Shown piece after piece: positions 60,376 through 63,846 of a stretch of DNA of 63,846 nt. The notes beneath the pieces were generated by a model. That model made no database searches and was not told the DNA's origin. It saw nothing but the letters and a program-made list of their open reading frames with translations. A program made the translations under genes and the position numbers. The DNA comes from Callorhinchus milii (Eukaryota): the NCBI RefSeq assembly GCF_018977255.1, contig NW_024704771.1, positions 3,658,155 through 3,722,000 of the forward strand. The letters are read 5' to 3'. The first letter of the stretch is position 1; each line of letters begins with the position of its first letter.

Positions 60376-62887
60376 CTGTAACAACAACAACGACACCTTG
60401 CATTTATATAGCGCCCTTCACGCAGGGCAGAGTTTCAGAGCGCTGGATTATTACAGCATCAAGCTCCAGTGCCCAGCCTAAGATTTTACATTGATGACTC
60501 GTATTTCAAGGGCGGGGGGGAGCGCTCAGTGACAATAATCGTGATAATAATGATAATAATAATCCTTGCATTTGATGTAGCGCCTTATCATGCCCTCGAG
60601 ACGTCTCAAAGCGCTTCACGGAACACACTGCAAAGCGAATTGTCTGAATAGTTTGCGGGCGAACCGCGGCAGCCGATTGAGAAATTAAGACTTTTTGAGA
60701 ATTTGATCAAATTCCGGATGCGCTGAAATGCTACATAGATAGAGCCGGAGTTCCCGTACGATATTTGTGCAAACGTTCTCTTACCTTTTGAAAAACACTT
60801 GAGGCATAAAGGAAGGTCGACCAGTTGCTTATATTTTATGATGATAAAATGACAAGAAGCGCCATCAGTAAAATCACAGCACAAGTGATAGAGAACCAGG
60901 AATACCACGGAAGGGATCCTTAAGGAAACAAATCACAGGATCAGAGCCAAATCTAATAATAGTAATGAATAACAATCCTTGCGTTTGATACAGCGCCTGA
61001 TCACGTCATTGAGACGACGTCTCCAAGAGCTTCGCAGACGACACTGGGAAGTTTATTGACTCTATATTTGGTGGGCAGCCAATTGCCCAGAGCAGCGTCC
61101 CACAAACAGTCATGGATTGAGTGACCAAGTTATTATTATTGTTATTTTTTTCTTTGAACGGATTATTACCCCAAGCAAAAGCGATCCGCCAACCGACTAA
61201 CAATCGGGTTCCAACTTGCTGCTGGGTAAACGGAGGCGTGTGGTGCGGAGTAAGGAAACGTGCCTGAGGTTTTGCCCTGCCCGGAAATTGAACCCAGGTC
61301 CTCTCACTTGCCAGGCGAGCGCACTAACCATTACGCTACAGGACTTCACAAAGGTAAACCAGATGATAATGATAAAATTATTCTAGCATTTCACAAGATT
61401 CCCCAGATTAATGCAGATGAAGAAAGCCTTTCAACCGATCTGATCTCATCTCTCCAGAAGGCCCACCCTACCATCCTCTCATCACAGCATCAAGCATCAA
61501 GTTCCAGTATCCTGGCCTCCGCCAACCATCCTGGCAACCTGTTCAGTCATTAATTACACGGATAACGAAATACTTCCTGGTGTCTGTTCTGAAATTGCCC
61601 TTTGCAACTCTGCAACGACAACGGATGACATTTATGCTGCGCCTTTCAAGTCAGGATGTCCCGAGGTGCTGGACGGTCAGGGAGCTGGTGGCTGCGATCA
61701 TGAGGGGTGTAGGGTGGGGAGGGTAAGGGCAGAAGGGTGACCGAAGCCACGGTCGATGAGGTGGGTCTTGAGACGGGTATTGAAGGCTGCAAGCGAGGGG
61801 GCAAGGCGGAGGGACTGCGGGATGGAATTTCAGAGGGTGGGGGGGGGGGGCAGAGAGATCGAAGGCCCGCCCGCCATAACGGTGGGGCGGACGAGCCAGA
61901 GAGACGTGCAGCAGGTTGGAGCCCATTGAGCGGAGGGAGCGGGAAGGATGGTAGGGGGGTTAGGGGGTCACAGAAGTAAGGATGACCAAGGCCATGGAGG
62001 GCTTTGAACGTGAGGACCAGGATCTTGAACCGTATCCTCTTGTTCTATCTTCTAAACTATTGCTCTGGGTTTATTTTTTCAATCCTATTTAAAATGTTAC
62101 GCTCTATAAAGTCCCCTCTGAGACGTTACATAGCTCCCCTCACACAAGGTAGCCTCCCAGAATCGCCGGCCCATGTCCTCTGGTTCCACCGTTCAGTTTA
62201 ACTTGTCTCCCGAGGCTCATAGCTCTGACATTAGGGATCATTTGTTTCGCTCTATTGCACTTCCTCTCGGGCCTGGGAAACCCCTTATGTTGCAGTGGCA
62301 AACAGTTTGCAGTATTTTGGTGCCAAACACCGTGACGTTGATAAAACGCCTTATCACGTGAAACATTCAGACGTGGGTCACGTAGAGTGCAGTGGCTGCA
62401 CATTTGTAGGCAAATGCTTCAGCCAATTTCTGCCTTAGTGCCTCAAACAGCCACGAAATAAGTGAGTCCGTTTTTTGGTTTGAGAATTACTGGCCAGGAT
62501 TTCTGTAGGTGGACTTAGTTAGAGGTGAGTCAGGCCCAGGCTGAAACCCGCACTTTTACTGGCGTTGAAATGTTTGTCGTTTTATAGACATGAGAGAACG
62601 TAGCACTCATTTGCTGGGACGATAACGAGTATAATTCTCTCCCCCCGAATTCCCTCACTGCACGTTTTCTCTCTTTACCTTCGAAAAACATTTATAAAAT
62701 CCATCTCTCTGCATCAGCATCCCCAAACTCTTCTTCTTCCTTTCAAATCCCCATCGTCTCTGTGAAGAGCTTCAAGACGTTCATCCAACTTGACCCTATA
62801 AGTGTTGTTCTACTCACCTAACTTTGGATCATTTGGGGATGGGAGGGTTGACTGTTACACTTTGGTTACCGTTACAGTGTGACTTAC

Positions 62888-63214
62888 CCATAACTGTGAT
62901 GGTCACTCTTTGTTTCACAAGAGTCTCGGACGCTTCATGTCTCACATGACAGATGTAACTGTCACCTCCCACCACTGGAGGCGCCCTTAGGGTTAGGACA
63001 TTGACAGCGCTGAAGGTCCCGTCGCTGTTCCTCACGGGATTCCCTCTCTGGATCTCCTGACCGGTCATCTCTTGCAGGGTCTCGACGGTTGAGATCTTGA
63101 ACCAGAGAATGGAAATTTCTTCCGGGTAGAAACCAGAGGCCTCGCAGCGCAATGATCTCCTGAACCCGGGCTTGAGCTCCAGCAGGGGTCCAACTGGGGG
63201 AACACTGGGGGAAG
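62888..63214 (-). CDS. Gene D, Ig C1 exon
   Basis: LRCEASGFYPEEISILW...NSDGTFSAVNVL...YICHVRHEA; 327 nt, phase 1-1. Confidence 0.9.
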
Positions 63215-63505
63215 CTGAACACAAGATAATGATTATTGTTAGAGGACAATCAGATGGAATGGCTGAACAAAGCCATTCAATATAATAAATAATAAAATTC
63301 GTGACTTCAAGCCACGACTGTTTGTGGGGACGCTGCTGTGGGCAATTTCGCCCACAAAATACACAGTCACTGCACTACAGTGTATCCTGTGAAGCGTTTT
63401 GAGACGTCTCGAAGACGTGATGAGGCGCTGTATCAAACGAGAGGATTATTATTGTTGCGATGACTGTCAAGCTTTGGAGGGAGAGTGGACAAGAGATAGA
63501 AGTAC

Positions 63506-63832
63506 CTGATATCCTTAAAGTGCAAGTGGCTGATCCCTCGTCGGGTGAGGCGATGACTGTACACTCGTAGTCTCCCTGATCTTCAATACCAACCTCAGGG
63601 AGGAACAGAGCTGCTTTGCCCTTTGCCAGCTCACCAGCAAACCGAGTGCCAACCCTGGACACACGAATGCCACCCTTAAAATACGAGATCACAAGCTCGT
63701 TGTTCCTCTTCCAGCTCACTAACAGGAACTGGGGTTCAACAGGTGCATCGGGGACAAAATCGCAGTTTATGGTCACGTTCGTCCCAACGGCCGTCTTCAG
63801 CATCTGTGGACTCAGCATCACTTTCAGAGCCA
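63506..63832 (-). CDS. Gene D, IgV exon (B7-H6/NCR3LG1, tapasin or SIRP-like V domain)
   Basis: LKV, NVTINC, VSWKR, G.AALFLP.V.IEDQGDYECTV..SP; 327 nt, phase 1-1; the signal exon would lie beyond the window. Confidence 0.85.
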
Positions 63833-63846
63833 CTAGGAAGAGATTC

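Noticed and set aside
62140-62403. 87-aa minus-strand ORF between the C1 exons of gene D
   Set aside because: No Ig motifs or convincing splice sites; partly SINE tail

Overview
Eukaryotic, intron-rich, repeat-dense vertebrate DNA. The repeats (tRNA-Ala-derived SINEs with L2-type tails, L2, CR1, Penelope) and the protein styles point to a cartilaginous fish; this is an inference. It is an immune-gene cluster, reconstructed by hand from splice sites and exon phases. (1) A 5-exon galectin-fold gene (+, 4280-8117, about 157 aa) whose canonical galactoside-binding residues are almost all replaced. (2) Two apparently intact tandem butyrophilin-like genes on the minus strand: A at 21335-12273 (about 452 aa) and B at 35132-26490 (about 459 aa), both SP-IgV-IgC-TM-microexon-B30.2. 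(3) A 5'-truncated TRIM relic (+, 22460-23610) whose B30.2 exon and adjacent intron are shared with the BTN genes. (4) A third, divergent BTN-like gene C (-, 51252-48060) with no IgV exon, and a B30.2 exon at 39.5-40 kb cut off by an L2 insertion. (5) An orphan CYP2 terminal exon (+, 40715-40893). (6) A B7/NCR3LG1(B7-H6)-like V-C1-C1-C1 gene (-, 63832-58828) with one frameshifted exon and no detectable TM exon. Also present: an orphan CpG-island promoter, ISRE and CTCF motifs, an unclassified ~580-bp insertion with filled and empty sites, minisatellites and two assembly gaps. Most long ORFs in the supplied track are repeat artefacts. All gene models are predictions with no expression data.
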